Below, one piece after another: positions 25,950 to 39,500 of a stretch of 61,518 nucleotides of DNA; the stretch's first letter is position 1, and the number at the start of each line of letters is the position of its first letter. The notes beneath the pieces were generated by a model. The model was not told the DNA's origin. It worked only from the letters and a program-made list of their open reading frames with translations, and did not search any database. Source of the DNA: Paramecium tetraurelia (taxonomy: Eukaryota); the NCBI GenBank assembly GCA_000165425.1, contig CT868096.1, positions 888,601-950,118 of the forward strand, given 5' to 3'. A program made the translations under genes and the position numbers.

Positions 25950-27788
25950 TCAAAATTTGATGTGCAATTGTAACTCTTAGACAAATTTTTGGAGTTCAGA
26001 AAAATTATAGTGTTATTGGATAACATCTAAATAATACACATCTATTTATTCGATTCTTTTCAATTTCACCTCAAGTAATTGGTCACTTTCCAATTTTAAT
26101 GAGATTGAATAATTCTCGTAAATAATTATTGGATAATGCATTTTCAAATAGTTATGGATCATATCTATGAATAATTGGGGATGCTTCTTGGTTATCAAGG
26201 ATAAATGGTAGGGACCATTGTGCTATTCAATTCCTCGAATATTGATTGGTTACCGAGGAGAATTTATGAGACTGTTCAAACCAGAAGTCAATCTTTAAAG
26301 AATATTTTTAGTGGATTAAGATTCATCAATTTTTAAGGTGTTTTAAAATTTAGATCTCACTAAATCGCTAACTTTTCTAGTGTGGGAATAAAAATGTTTG
26401 GTGGAAGGTTTATGGGGAGTTGCACTTGAAAGCAATTTTTAATTTCTATTTTCATGCATACTCTAAACAACTTTTTAGAACTTGGTTTATTTCATCAAAG
26501 TTGAGTATTATCCAGAAGGTTATTTCTTATGTTTATTATAAAAAGCATATTAATTTTGTTATTTAATAAAGATATTTTATTTGTTATTGTTATTGTTATT
26601 ATTATTGTTATTTTTAGAATTGTTATTGTTTGTAGATTCATGCAATGATTTAGAGGGTGTTTATCTCAATTTACTTTTGTCATAAACCTATTTATATGTA
26701 CAATTAGATATTTTAGATGTAGTGGATTTAGTATTGGGAGACTTAGTGAGTGGTGATCTTGCATAAGGTGATTTAGCATTCCTGGGAGAACATTTAGGTA
26801 GATTTGGTATTTCTTCATTATAAGGACTATTTGGTAAAAATTAACAAGGAATTGTAATACATCTGGCCTTGAATACTGACATTGGCGGATTCTAATGATA
26901 TCGAAATATTAGACATCTCTTTTCCATAATTGCCACCACTTATGTCTTTTTATTTACTAAATTGAATATCTTTTTTATGGATCAACCACTAAAATCCTCC
27001 TTAACAGATCTTTGGCATCCATTGAAATGTGTTTTGGAAAAGTGAACTCAGCATTCGTGATCTTCTAATACAGATTCTGAGTATTTAGATCATCAAATGG
27101 CAAATAACCACATATCATGGCGAATAAAATAATGCCACAACTCCATACGTCTGTCATTTGTCCATCATAAGGTTCTCCCTGTATCATCTCTGGGGCTGCA
27201 TAACAAGTACTCCCACAACAAGTCTTCAGCAGATCCTTTTGAAGGTTGCTCAAACCAAAATCAGCAATGAGGATGTCTCTATCGCTTGTTAGCAATAGGT
27301 TCTCAGGTTTCAAATCCCTATGGATAATCTTTAGACTATGCATGTACTCTAACCCTGAAATGATTTAATGTAGGAATTTGCATGCTTCATATTCTGTTAC
27401 TCTACTCGTTTAAAATGAATTGTCTTACTATTTAACTCTGTCAATGTAATCGAACAGTTCTCCACCATTTGCATACTCCATGAATAAATAGATATGGTTT
27501 TCTGTCTCAATTACCTATGGATTACTCTATGCTAAATTTTAACCTCGTAAAGTTTCACAATCTATGGATGATGAAGAACTTTCAATATTTGAATTTCTCT
27601 TTTCACTCGCTCTACATCTCCTTCTTAATTGATGCATTTCTTTTCAAGTACCTTCACTGCAGCTTCATGACCTATCACTTGATTGATTGCTTAGCAAACC
27701 TTGCTAAAAGTGCCCTGTCCAATGGTCTTCCCTAGAATCAAATATGCATGGTTCCATTACCTATTAAATAATTCCCAATTTCTGTCAT
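25950..27788 (-). CDS. CAMK-group (AMPK/MARK-like) Ser/Thr kinase
   Basis: [44 protein letters not shown]; Asn-rich linker near 26575-26630; possible KA1-like C-terminus. Confidence 0.93.
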
Positions 27789-28740
27789 TTGAAAAAATGA
27801 TTGTTGAAAAATATTTGCTGTAATTTATATATTTGGAATTATGTATTAGGTTTCACATATCTAAATACGTATATTTCAAACATAATTAATTCTCAAGCAA
27901 GACTTCTTAAATAACTTCAATCAAGAATACCTAAAATGAGTACAAGTATTCTTTCCAATTACCCTTCAATGTACATTTCTACCTCAGAGAAATAGATATT
28001 GAAGTGAATATAATCGCTTCAATACAGTGACCCAAACCAAACATTCTCTTTGAGATTCAATCGATCAGATCTAAATATTCTGATCTATTTAAATTGTCCA
28101 AAGAGGTAGAATTATTGAATTTGTTTATTTTAGTAAGAACACTTCGAGTAATCTCTCATTATTATACCTTATAATATAGTTGAGAAGAAACTAAATTTAG
28201 TACTAGTGTATAGAAATAAGGAAAAAGAACCATAGAGAAAACTATTACATATTCATTTTGTTTGATAATTGTTGGATTTCATTATGAATATTTAAAATTG
28301 TCCCTTTGTAATTTTTAGGCGTAAAAAAAAGAGTTATAATCTAAACTGTTTTTAAGAAGATGATTATAAGCTGTGTTGATAAACTCAATCTAACTATTAT
28401 ATGATTTGAACCAAAGTGCCTTAGATATTATATTCATATTCATGAAGAAAACTTAAAAGAAAATATTCAACAGCAAACAGTATATAATCATAATGTATCA
28501 TTTAAAGTACAAACATTAATATTGTATCAAATGTCTAATAATTATTTATATTGTGTTTATCAATATTAAAAAATTGTCATAATTAATTTTGAATCAATTA
28601 TGTTGCCAGTTTCTTATTAATTTTTTATAGACATTTAAAATTATTAATTTTTTATTTCTGATAACTATTAGATTTATAACAGTTTTTGATCTATATATAT
28701 TAATTTGGAGATGAATTAAATGCATTAATTAAATTAAAAA

Positions 28741-29358
28741 ATGATAGTTTTAGTAAGACATGGCGAAAGAGCTGACAATTGTCCAAATGAATGGAAAAAA
28801 GTAATAAACACTGATGATCCTCATCTTACACCAAATGGGTGTGAATAAGCCAAAAAGGCAGGAAAACTGATTCTCGAAGAGATAAAAGACTACAAAGAGA
28901 TTAACATTTAATCTTCTCCTTTTTTAAGATGCATTATGACTGCTAAAAACATAGCAGGGTAAATAAAAAAAGAAGAGCTTTCAATAAATACCGAAATTTG
29001 TGAAACCTTATATCAATGTTTCTTCGAAAGCAATCCATTACCTCGATTGATGGTTAATAAAAATCCAACTCATCCCTATTTCTCTGGAATAAGATTAGTC
29101 GATTAATAATTGAAATAGAATAGCATATACCCAGAGGAATTAGAAGATGTAAATAATAGAATTTTGAACTACGTTTAAAACTTATTGGAAAATATTGAAG
29201 ATGACTAATGCATTATTTTAGTGACTCATTAGAGACCATTAAAATCAATTTTGGAGTTTTTTAATTAGAGTACAGAAGATGTTGATTACTGTAAAGTACT
29301 TTCGATTAAAAAGGAAGAATCTACTGAATTACAAGATTGCAAACTCACTGTTTATTGA
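28741..29358 (+). CDS. Histidine phosphatase (phosphoglycerate mutase-like) family protein
   Basis: Intronless 205-aa frame: MIVLVRHGERAD, DPHLTPNG, SSPFLRCIMTA, ILVTHQ. Confidence 0.92.
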
Positions 29359-29426
29359 TAATTAAATCTTTTTTATATATATAACTAATTAAGTATAAAA
29401 TAAACATTTTCTTTAATATGATCGGT

Positions 29427-31347
29427 TCAATCATTTTTATGAACTCCATTATTTTACTTACTTAATTTAAGTTCAGATAGTTCACCCTAAGAAGGAGAAT
29501 GTTTTTTTCCATTGCTTTCCTAATGCTAATCTTGTTCATCATCGGAATCAGATTGATCTACATCAATTTGAGTTAATTCGTTTCTTTTTTGTTTGTGCAA
29601 TTCCAGCTCTTCTCTTTATTGCTTAACACTATCGTCATACATCTTAAAGTCTTGTTCTTTTTCATATTTGGTCTTATTCTTTTCTAGTTTCTTTGCCACC
29701 TATATATCAGCTTTTCGTTCATTATATTAATAGATCAGGAAGGGCTTAATGTATTTCTCATCGAAACCCTTGAAGAACTTTTCACTTTTATGTTTGAGTT
29801 TTTTATAATCAACTTAATCCTCCTGAATGAATGTTTATCTAATAGCTTATGATTGAGCTGATTAAGATCTAGAATAATAAACTGAAGAGTCTTTTTCCAT
29901 TTGTCTATACGCCCATTCGCATACATATTTCAAAGTGCCACCATTGATTAGTGTGGTAAGCACAACCATGTATAAGGAGGCAGTTTAGATAATTTTGTAA
30001 TAGTCCTCTCCTCCCACTTCCTATTCGCAAATCAATGCATAGGCAACAACTCCTTTAATTAATCCTGAATAGAAGAGGATAAAGAATTCATACTTATTGA
30101 TTCTCCAAGGTCCTTTTGTTTTCAATCTCAAACTAATTAAGAAATACTTATAAGATATTACATGATTGCAAAACCATGAGCCATCAACATTGATGTCAAT
30201 TTAGCTATAGGAGAAAACACGAAGTATTGCGCAAGTAGAAATGTATAAACCTAAAATTTTAAATTGTAATCTGATGAATTTTTAACAATAGCATTTTCTG
30301 TCACCATATATCCGATATAAAAGTAAATAATAGTCTCACTAATATAGGCGAGTGCTTTGATTGTTATTTTAGAGGAAGTAGCAGAAATCTTTGGTAGATT
30401 ATAAGTTTAGTAATGTGATAACATTATTCCACATAGTAGAACAGCCAATACTCCACAAAATCCTAGTGCTTCACAAACACAGAATGAGAAGTAAGCAGTA
30501 TAGATGGTAAAGGCAGTAACGACAGAGGATTATTCAGATAAAAATCTGGATTCCTTTGTTATCCAAGTTGCTATACTACCCACAAGAACCCCTACAACTA
30601 AACCTACCACTAGGTTTGCTAGAATCCATCCAATAAAAATTAATGGACTATACCATTCCCAATCGTTATTCTTCACTCCCTTTTCATTATGAAATTTTTC
30701 TACTGTCTTACTTATTGCAAAAACTACAACGTCATTTAAGATTTGTTCACCGAAAATAATACTGTGTAGCTTAGGTGCATGCTCAAATTCCAATACACTT
30801 AAGGATACAGCACTATCTTTTGATGAGATACAAGATGAGTAAAATACCTAAGCATATGTTGAATTACTAGCAGTATCATTTACATTTGTACTATTTGGAG
30901 GCACCCAAAAGATAGCTAGGATAGCTTAAACAAAATGTTACATGTATTTGTTAAGGAGTATGTTAATGCTGCCAAAATCATAAAATTAAAAATAGTTCCA
31001 AAAATACCATACAACACGACATAAAAGAAGTTCTTCATGAAGTGTTACTTATTTAAATTGTACCCCTCCTTAAAAACTATTATTGGCAGCAAAACGAAAA
31101 AGAATATTTCTGATGAATTATCAAAGCTTGCTTTCTAGAAAACTTAAAATTCAGTAATGACTCCTATAAACAATCCTATTATAATGGCGACTGATGCCTC
31201 TCGAAGCAAATTGAAATGTTTATGTTCACAAAAGGTTTATAGCAATGCAATTACTCCTAAAATCGTAGTCATCCCGATGAATATTACCCCGTGCTTTAGA
31301 GAGGCTGGGTCCAAGTTGCTTGTTTAAATGAAGGGAAAATAGTCCAT
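29427..31347 (-). CDS. Na+/H+ exchanger (CPA1/NHE family)
   Basis: FFVLLPIIVFKEGYNLNKQHFMKNF, IIFGEQILNDVV, CGVLAVLLCGI, SGLIKGVVAYAL; many TM segments and a charged cytosolic tail. Confidence 0.92.
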
Positions 31348-31521
31348 TGTTATTATACTTGAAATATAGAATTAATAATAAAGACCTTTTTTATATTATG
31401 TAATCAATTCATAATACTAATTCATATATGGAGTGATTAATAATTAAAATTTGAACTCAATTTTAAGTGATGTCACAAATTTAATTTCCTGAAGTCTATC
31501 TAGTAAATAAATTAACTAAAA

Positions 31522-33130
31522 ATGAACAGACAAGAAATTATGAATATGAAACCAGAAAAGAAGATCTCTAATTATGGTTTCAGTCTAAAGGCAATTTTGG
31601 GTAAAGGTTCTTATGGAACAGTCTACTTCGGAAGAGACATGACCAACTGTATATAATACTCTAATTATAGAACTTCCAGTAGCTCTTAAAGTGATTGATC
31701 ATTCTAAAACACAAAACTACACCTAGTTATATTCATCTCTCCAAAAAGAAATAGAAATAATGAAGAAGTTTAAGCATCCTAACATTGTTGAATTATATGA
31801 GGTATACTCTACAACAAATAACACTTACCTGGTCTAAGAATATTGCAATGGTCCTGATTTAAAATAGTATTTATCAGAAAATAAGATTTTGGAAGAAAAT
31901 CAAGCCATCAAGATGATAAAGTAGATAGCCAATGGACTAAAAGAAATAGTGAGCAGTAATTTTATTCATCGAGATCTTAAACCAGCCAATATCTTACTAC
32001 ATGATGGTTAATGCAAAATAGTAGATTTTGGGTTCTCGAGACCCTTGCCCTCAGAGTGCGTAATGGAATCTCTAGTAGGTACTCCTCTCTACATGGCACC
32101 TCAAATCCTAACCAAATAGCAATACACCTCGAAATGTGATGTGTGGTCCTTGGGACTCATATTCTATGAAATGCTATTTGGCACTCTACCATGGATGGCC
32201 ACCAACTATATGGAGTTGATCTACAGAATTAATAATTGCAAATTGACCTTCCCAAAGAATGCCAAAATCTCAAAAGAGTCCCTCAGCTTTATTCAAGGAT
32301 GTTTACATAAGGATGAAATCTAAAGGTTCAGCTGGAATGAAGTCTTTCTACACCCTTTAATCAAACCTTAAATGAAAATTCCCATTGATCCAGTATTTAA
32401 TGAAATCTATAGTCCCAAATTTTCAACTCATCGATAAAACCATTCCACTGATAAGTCTGCTCTTCCAACTCTTAGAGAAAGAAGCTGTTCTGGAAAGAAT
32501 CCACAAAATAAACAACTTGAATACAAAAGTGAAATAAAAATAGAGTAAAAATAAGAATTACCTCCTGCCAGTTCAAGTCAATAATCCACAGAAGGAGAAG
32601 AAAACACTAAAGTGGGGAAGTACTATCTTCCTAAATAATAAGATAAACTAAGAAGGACAAGATCATAATTCGAGAATATTAAACCTAATTAAACTGAAAT
32701 AAATCCTAAAAGATAGATCTAATAACCTTTGCCATCAAATGGCAATCTAATCAAATAGGCATTTCCAAGTAAAAAACGAAACCTTTTCGATTTATTTAAA
32801 AAAAATAATGTTTGCAAATCGAAATCAAATTCTGAAGTAATTATTTAATTGCTCGATCTAATTGCATCATTAGAAAAGGAAGTAAAAAATTAAGATATCG
32901 ATTTGGAAGCCTTCCTTAGTAAAGAAAGAACTGCTATTACAAATGGCCACTAAAATCAAGCTATAAGAATTAAAATCGCTTAATAATATCTTAGTAAGCT
33001 TGAAGGCCGGAAGAAAAAAAAATTAGAAACCTTCATTACTTTATTACAGAAGGATCTAGAGACTGAAGAAAGCACTTTTAACTAACCAATATAAAATAAA
33101 GTAGTATCACCATTATAGTTTTAACCTTGA
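31522..33130 (+). CDS. Ser/Thr protein kinase, ULK-like
   Basis: [41 protein letters not shown] 33128-33130. Confidence 0.93.
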
Positions 33131-33282
33131 GTCAATTTTGATTTTAATTAACTACATATTATAATATTATTTACTTCATTTATACAGAAATTATACAATT
33201 GTTGATTAAAATAAAGATCTCTACCATTTTTAGTACTAATAATAATTACAGAAGAAGAATATTAACAGTTCTTATTTTGATA

Positions 33283-33838
33283 ATGAATAATCTATTTCTA
33301 TAAGACTTAAATAGGATTAATAAGAAAAAGAGAAAAAATTAAGAAATAGAGTTTAGATCATGTTCTGAAACATAAATATACATGATATGTCAGGAACACA
33401 CAATCATAATAATTTAAAATGTATTTAAAATAATAATAAGAAGAGAATGAAAAATTATTAAATTATAAACAGAAAATTGAATTTGAAACATATGGATAAC
33501 AAAGATATGATTAGGAGATTGTTTGATTGCACAAAATTATTTATGGCAACCCATCCCATTAATCAACTTAGATTATAATCAAAAGTTTTTTATGAGTCGA
33601 ATTTTACTTTTAAAGAATTAAACAACATTATGTAAATTCTAAATTTGGAATGCGCAAATAAATTGACAACCATGCAGTTTGAACAGGAATATTTAAATTT
33701 TTTAAGAAAATTATAAGATTATTATATAAAATAATAGAAATAATTAGAATAAAGTTAGAGAGTGATTAGACACTATTAGTATGAACAAATATTAAATTCC
33801 TTTTTATTATTAATATAATATAATATATTTAAATTTGA
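33283..33838 (+). CDS. Possible small hypothetical gene
   Basis: Table-6 frame if a 20-nt GTA..AAG intron at 33421-33440 is spliced; no motif; stop lies 1 bp before the ASF1 ATG, which is suspicious. Confidence 0.3.
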
Positions 33839-33839
33839 A

Positions 33840-34486
33840 ATGGCGCTTGTCGAAGTAACAAACATAATCTTTGAAAATGAATTGGCTTTGTTCCAAACTC
33901 CCATCTCTATGCAAATAACCTTTGAAGTTCTTAATGATTTAACTGATGAAATAGAATGGAAGTAAGAAATTAAAATTAAATCAGTTTAATTTATATTGGA
34001 TCTCCGTTGAGTGAGAAATTCGACTAAGTCTTAGATAATTTTAGCATGGGCCCATTGTAAAGAGGAGTAATGTAGTTCACAATAACCAGCCAACCTCCAA
34101 ATTACTAACTAATTCCATCAAAGGAGGATTTATTTAGTGTATCCGCCTTAATATTGACCGCCAAATATAGGTAGAAGGAGTTTTTCAGAGTTGGTTATTA
34201 TGTCTATAACAACTACACAGAGGCAGAATTGATTGAAAATGAGCCATAAGTGGTATTAATTGATAGAGTTTATCGACAAATAATGGGCAGTAATCCTCGA
34301 ATAACAAAGTTTCCAATAGATTGGGAAGGATAATTAACCTAGCTTTATGTTCCCCCAACCAATTAGTAATTTATGTTTGGGTCCTTGACTTAGCAACAAT
34401 AGAGTGGGAGTGGAATGCAAACAGAGCAAAATGAGCAAGTTTAATAAGGAGGATAGAGCAGCACATTCACACAAAATTTATTTTGA
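33840..34486 (+). CDS. ASF1: Histone H3/H4 chaperone ASF1
   Basis: MALVEVTNI...ITFEVL..IEWNLIYIGS...FDQVLD...YRQKEFFRVGYYVYNNY...PRITKFPIDWE; one intron. Confidence 0.95.
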
Positions 34487-34530
34487 ATGTTTAATTATTT
34501 GTTATAATCATAAAAATATTGAGATAATTG

Positions 34531-34914
34531 ATGATCGCAGGATATTTGTAAAGCAAGTTAATTGCAAAATCTAGCATATAGGAAGTGCACGGAACAGACA
34601 TGTTAGCAACTTAAGGTATTTTTGGAGTACATCTTTAATATAGATCGAAGAACTTCAAAAATCTATATGGGTGGATAATCTCAGTAGCAATTAAACCCAT
34701 TGGATTTGGTTTAAATCAGCAGTGCCTTACCTCAATTTTCCTTTTAACAAAACAATGATCAAAGACTATAGACTCTTTTAAATACAAATTATTAATAACA
34801 AATTTCATAATTGGCCAGTCCACCAAATATTGATTTAATTAACTAGATCAAGGTATTTGTAATAAATATTTTAAAGGAATAAGCAAGAGTTGTGAGATTG
34901 CATTATTAAGCTTG
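34531..34914 (+). CDS. Possible small spliced hypothetical gene
   Basis: Two or three intron-like GT..AG elements and coding-like GC; two alternative frames are possible. Confidence 0.35.
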
Positions 34915-34978
34915 ATTAATTGGTGATATATAATAATAATATATTAATATAAATAAATATTTGAAATTGCAATACCAA

Positions 34979-36518
34979 ATGGATTCTGAAGTACCTGAGA
35001 GTTATAGTAAGGATGAAATCGTCTGGGCAAAGATAAGAGGATGTAAGTGGTATACATTATTTTAGACCCCTGGTGGCCTGGAATTATAGCTGAAGTGATA
35101 AAGGATAAATAGTCATCGGAACCTGCTAAATATCTTGTAAATTTCATTGGAGATAACTCACAGTATGATTAACCTTTGAATAGAAGTTCCACATTACCTT
35201 TTTAAAGTCTTGCCAAATATTAGGAGAAGTATGAGGAAATAGTGCAGAAAATCAAGACTAAGCAACACAAAGATTCGGTCACAGCAGCAGATTAGATTTT
35301 GAAAGGGCAATCAACATATGAAAGTATTTAAATTCTGATATAAGTTGAATCAAAAAAAATTTCTAAAAAGTAGAATTTCACTAAAACAGTCAGTAGAAGA
35401 AAGAAAACAAGATCATCTTCAAGCGAGGAACACAGTGGAATATATGGATCATCTAGAAAATCTAAGATGGATTCGGAGGATAGCACAAAACCAGACAATT
35501 TTAGTTCAGAGATTTAGGAATTATTGAAAATGATGACTGAGACTAAGTTGAACCCAGTTTTAATAGAAGCTAAAATATCAAGTGTATGATATATAATAAA
35601 AATAATAATAGCTGATTCAGATTGTTGATTTAGATAGACCTGACATAATGGAAGTTTTGTAGGGCCCCAATGGGAAATAGCTAATGCAGATACAAGCACG
35701 ATTATCGGATAAAAAGAATCTGTCTTAAGCTTAAATAAATTTTACACAATTCCTAGAGAAATTGAAATCAATCGTATTGAGAACGGTAATACAGAAATGA
35801 AAAATCTAGTTTTTTACAGTATTTTGACCCAACCGAAATCATCCAGTAACTCCATTAAGTATCAGGTTAAAAGAAGATCACCCAAAAGTTATTAGAGAAA
35901 CTTTAAAATCAACCGAATTTCATCTTGGATTGTATAATATTCAATATTAATTAAAAAGCTGAAGACGACAGTGAGGATTCAGATTCAGGAGAAAGTGATG
36001 GGGAAAGCGAGGAGGATGAATCAAGTGAAGAATCTGTGAAAAAGGGTAAAAATTAAAGACAGATAACTATTACTAAACCCATAATTAGAAAAAAATATAC
36101 ATAAGCTTAATCTCCTAAGAAACCCAGAAAACAAAGTTAGGACGTTCCCAATCCTTTACAAAAAAACAAGGTAGTGTAGAAAATATCTGAAACGATATCA
36201 GAACACACTGATTAAATTATTCCAAAAAGGATAAGTGAAGATATTGAGAGCAGGATTAGATCTTGTGATTCAAATATGGGATTTGTATATAAGAAGAAAT
36301 ATCGTACAATTCTAGACAATATTAAAGTATGAAGATTTAGTTATTAATTTTAGAAATAATCTAAACAAGACATAATTAATTTGTTATCAAATAGTTCAAA
36401 TTAAGAATAGTTATGGAGTAAATACTTATTTTATTTTCTAGATCTTCTGAACGGTAATACCTAGAGTATGAACCAGAGTGGGAATAAGCAAAATGATTAT
36501 GAATAATAAAATTCATGA
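34979..36518 (+). CDS. PWWP-domain protein with C-terminal TFIIS domain II (TFIIS-M)-like region
   Basis: IVWAKIRGYPWWPGII (after splicing 35043-35065), YLVNFIGDNSH; acidic linker; ISEDIESRIRSCDSNMGFVYKKKYRTILDNIK resembles TFIIS-M. Confidence 0.85.
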
Positions 36519-36549
36519 ATATGATCAACTAATATTATTCAAAATTGGT

Positions 36550-39500
36550 ATGTCTGATAATTAATTTAAATTCAAATATTATCTCAACTTCATGGATATT
36601 TATTAACTATTAAGTTTTGATGGATTCAACAACACCTTGGAGATCATTCTCAACAAATTGGCCTGTTAGAAGTTGCAATAGATTCAAAACAATCTAAATA
36701 TTATTTGCATTATTGGATCTCAAAAGTCAGGCAAAAGTTGGTTATTGAATAAGTTGTTCATGCAGGGTTAAGGTTTTCAATCTAGCACCAAAGTAACAAT
36801 CATAATAAACTCAAGGGATTCTATTTTACCTATGATGGTTAATTGATTATCGATACAGAGGGTTTGGGTTGCGGCGATCAAAGAAAAGACATCTAAATCA
36901 TCTTACTTGCATCTCTATTATCAAGTGTAGTAATCTATTGTGGTAAACAAGAATCATATTTATTCCTTAGGTTATTCAGTTGAAGATTTCGAACTCATGA
37001 TTAATCTTGAAGATTATGAGGATTTTCTACCTCCTTTTATTTGGGTTTTGAGAGATATACAAAACAAGGATGCACTCCAACCTAAAGAACTACTTGAAAG
37101 ATAGTTTAAATCATAAAATAGAGTGAAGAAACACCTACTTAAGCTTTTCTCAGATTGTGTTACTATTCCATCATCAAGTGAAAGTATAGAGTTCATAGAT
37201 TCCATGGCTTTGTTAAGGAGAAAAGTGTTAAATTATGCGAAACCCAAGAAAATCTATTAGAACATTTATTTGAATGGTCCGCTTTTGGTCGAGATGATTT
37301 AAATGGTAGTTACCAAATTCAATAGCAATCAACCTGTTGATTTACGACAAGTAACTGAAACAATTGTAGACAGGCAATCTACAGTGTTGTTAAATGAAGC
37401 ATTTAAAAAATATGAATAATCAATTACATAACTCAAATTGCCAACATGTTCATTTGAAGAATTAAAGAACCACCATAAGGATTCAGAACTCAAAGCTTTG
37501 GAGTATTTGAAATCTAAAATCAACGACAAAGATTTAAATGATGATTTACATCAAATGTGTAAAGAAACATTCAAAGAGATCTGTAAACGCAATGAATAAG
37601 AAGCAACCAATTTATGCAATTAATTTATTAATTAAGAATTTTAAACCTTGCAAAAACGATTATCTGAATATAGAAGTATCTTAGAATTTGAGAGAGACAT
37701 CAAATTATTCTATTAATTTTTATTGGAACATGGCCCAAAAACTGTTTTAAAGCAACAAGTGTATTAAGAATTCTATAATAAAATGATGACAGAAGGTACA
37801 AACATGTTCATTAAACAATAAAATTAACAACAATAACAACAACAATAACAACCATTATAAATAAAAAATGAAAATATCAGCACAGAAAAGGATAAAACAA
37901 TTAATGAATTGATATGTAAAGTTAAAGAACAAGAAAATAAAGTTTATTCATAACAATCATAAATTAAATTATTAGAGGAATAGCTATTTTCATCAGATAA
38001 ATAATTAGAGATATTATAAACTGAATTAATTAAGTAAAAGGAACTTCATCAATAGCAATTTAAATAATTTGAGAGAAATCTTTACCTAAAAGAATCTGAA
38101 TTCAATAAGATGAAAGCACTCAACGAATAAAAGATACAACATCTAACAAAACAATTAGAACAGAGTTAAAGAAAAGAAACATAAATGGATTCTTCATTTC
38201 TCTCGACGAAATCAGAGTATACTATTTAAATTAGAGATGTTTAATCGAAATATGAGTAAATGATCACTTAATTGCAAGAAAGACTATTAGTATAAACTGA
38301 TAAAACCTAGTAACTCCAAGATCAATTGAATAATCTAGAGTAATAAAATACTTAAGCTTAATTTAAATTACAAAGTAAGGACAGTAAAATTTATGAATAT
38401 TAATAATAAATCTAATTATTGAAGAATTCGGTAGTTTAATTGCCATAGATTGATAATTTAAATTATGAAGAAAACGAAAAATAAATAGTAAGGTTGAAAG
38501 AAATTATTGAATCTTAAGAAACACAATTGAAAGAGAAGACATCCTAATTGATACAATTAAAATCTAGTTTGGAAAGAGAATAAGCATTGATTGCTCAGGA
38601 GAAATAGTTCTTAGAAATATAACTCAAGGACCTCTCTGAACAATTGAAGCTAGAGAAGAAGAATCATGAATAAACTTTAGGTTTATTTGAAAGCTAAAAC
38701 GATGTGAATAAAAGTTAAGTATTCTCGAAACAATATATGGAAATGAAGGATATGCATTTGAACGAAATGAAATAATTAGAACAAGAATTTGAAATCTAAA
38801 GAAGAAAAATGTAATAATAGATTGAGTATTTGAATTCAGAATTAAATAAAACTGAGAGCTAATTATTATATTAATAAAATGATTTTACTAGAGAATTATA
38901 ATAAACAAAAACTTAGATTCTCAATTATGAGGATAACATTTAAAGATTGAATAGAGAATTTATGTTATTAGAATAGCAAAAGACTAGAATTTAAAGAGAA
39001 TTGGAAGAGAAATTGATTTTGAAAACGAAGAATCAACAACAAGAAATCGAAGAATTAAAAAGATAAAATTTGAATGAGTATAGATTGTTATAGAATAAAA
39101 ATGAAGAATAAATTTCATAGTTGAGATGTATGTATGAATTAGAGAGATAAAAAATTGAGTAAAAATTTATGGAAGATAGAAAGACTATGGAAGAAAAGTA
39201 TAATCAAATGGTTGAGGAGTTGGAAAGTCAATTTGACAATAATTAAGATGAGGAGATTAAAAAATTATAGAAAAAGTTAAAATAAAATGATTTGTAAATG
39301 CAACAATTATCCTAGCATTGGTAAAATGAAAACGATTTAAAATAAAAATAGATTTTAAGTCTAGAGTAGGTGAACAATTCTTTGAAAATATCTATTTAAC
39401 AATTTTAGGATGAATAATAGAATCTATAAAAGTAATTACAAGACTTGCATCAAATCAATTAAATTAAGGAAGAGGAACTAAACACTTTAAAATAATAGGG

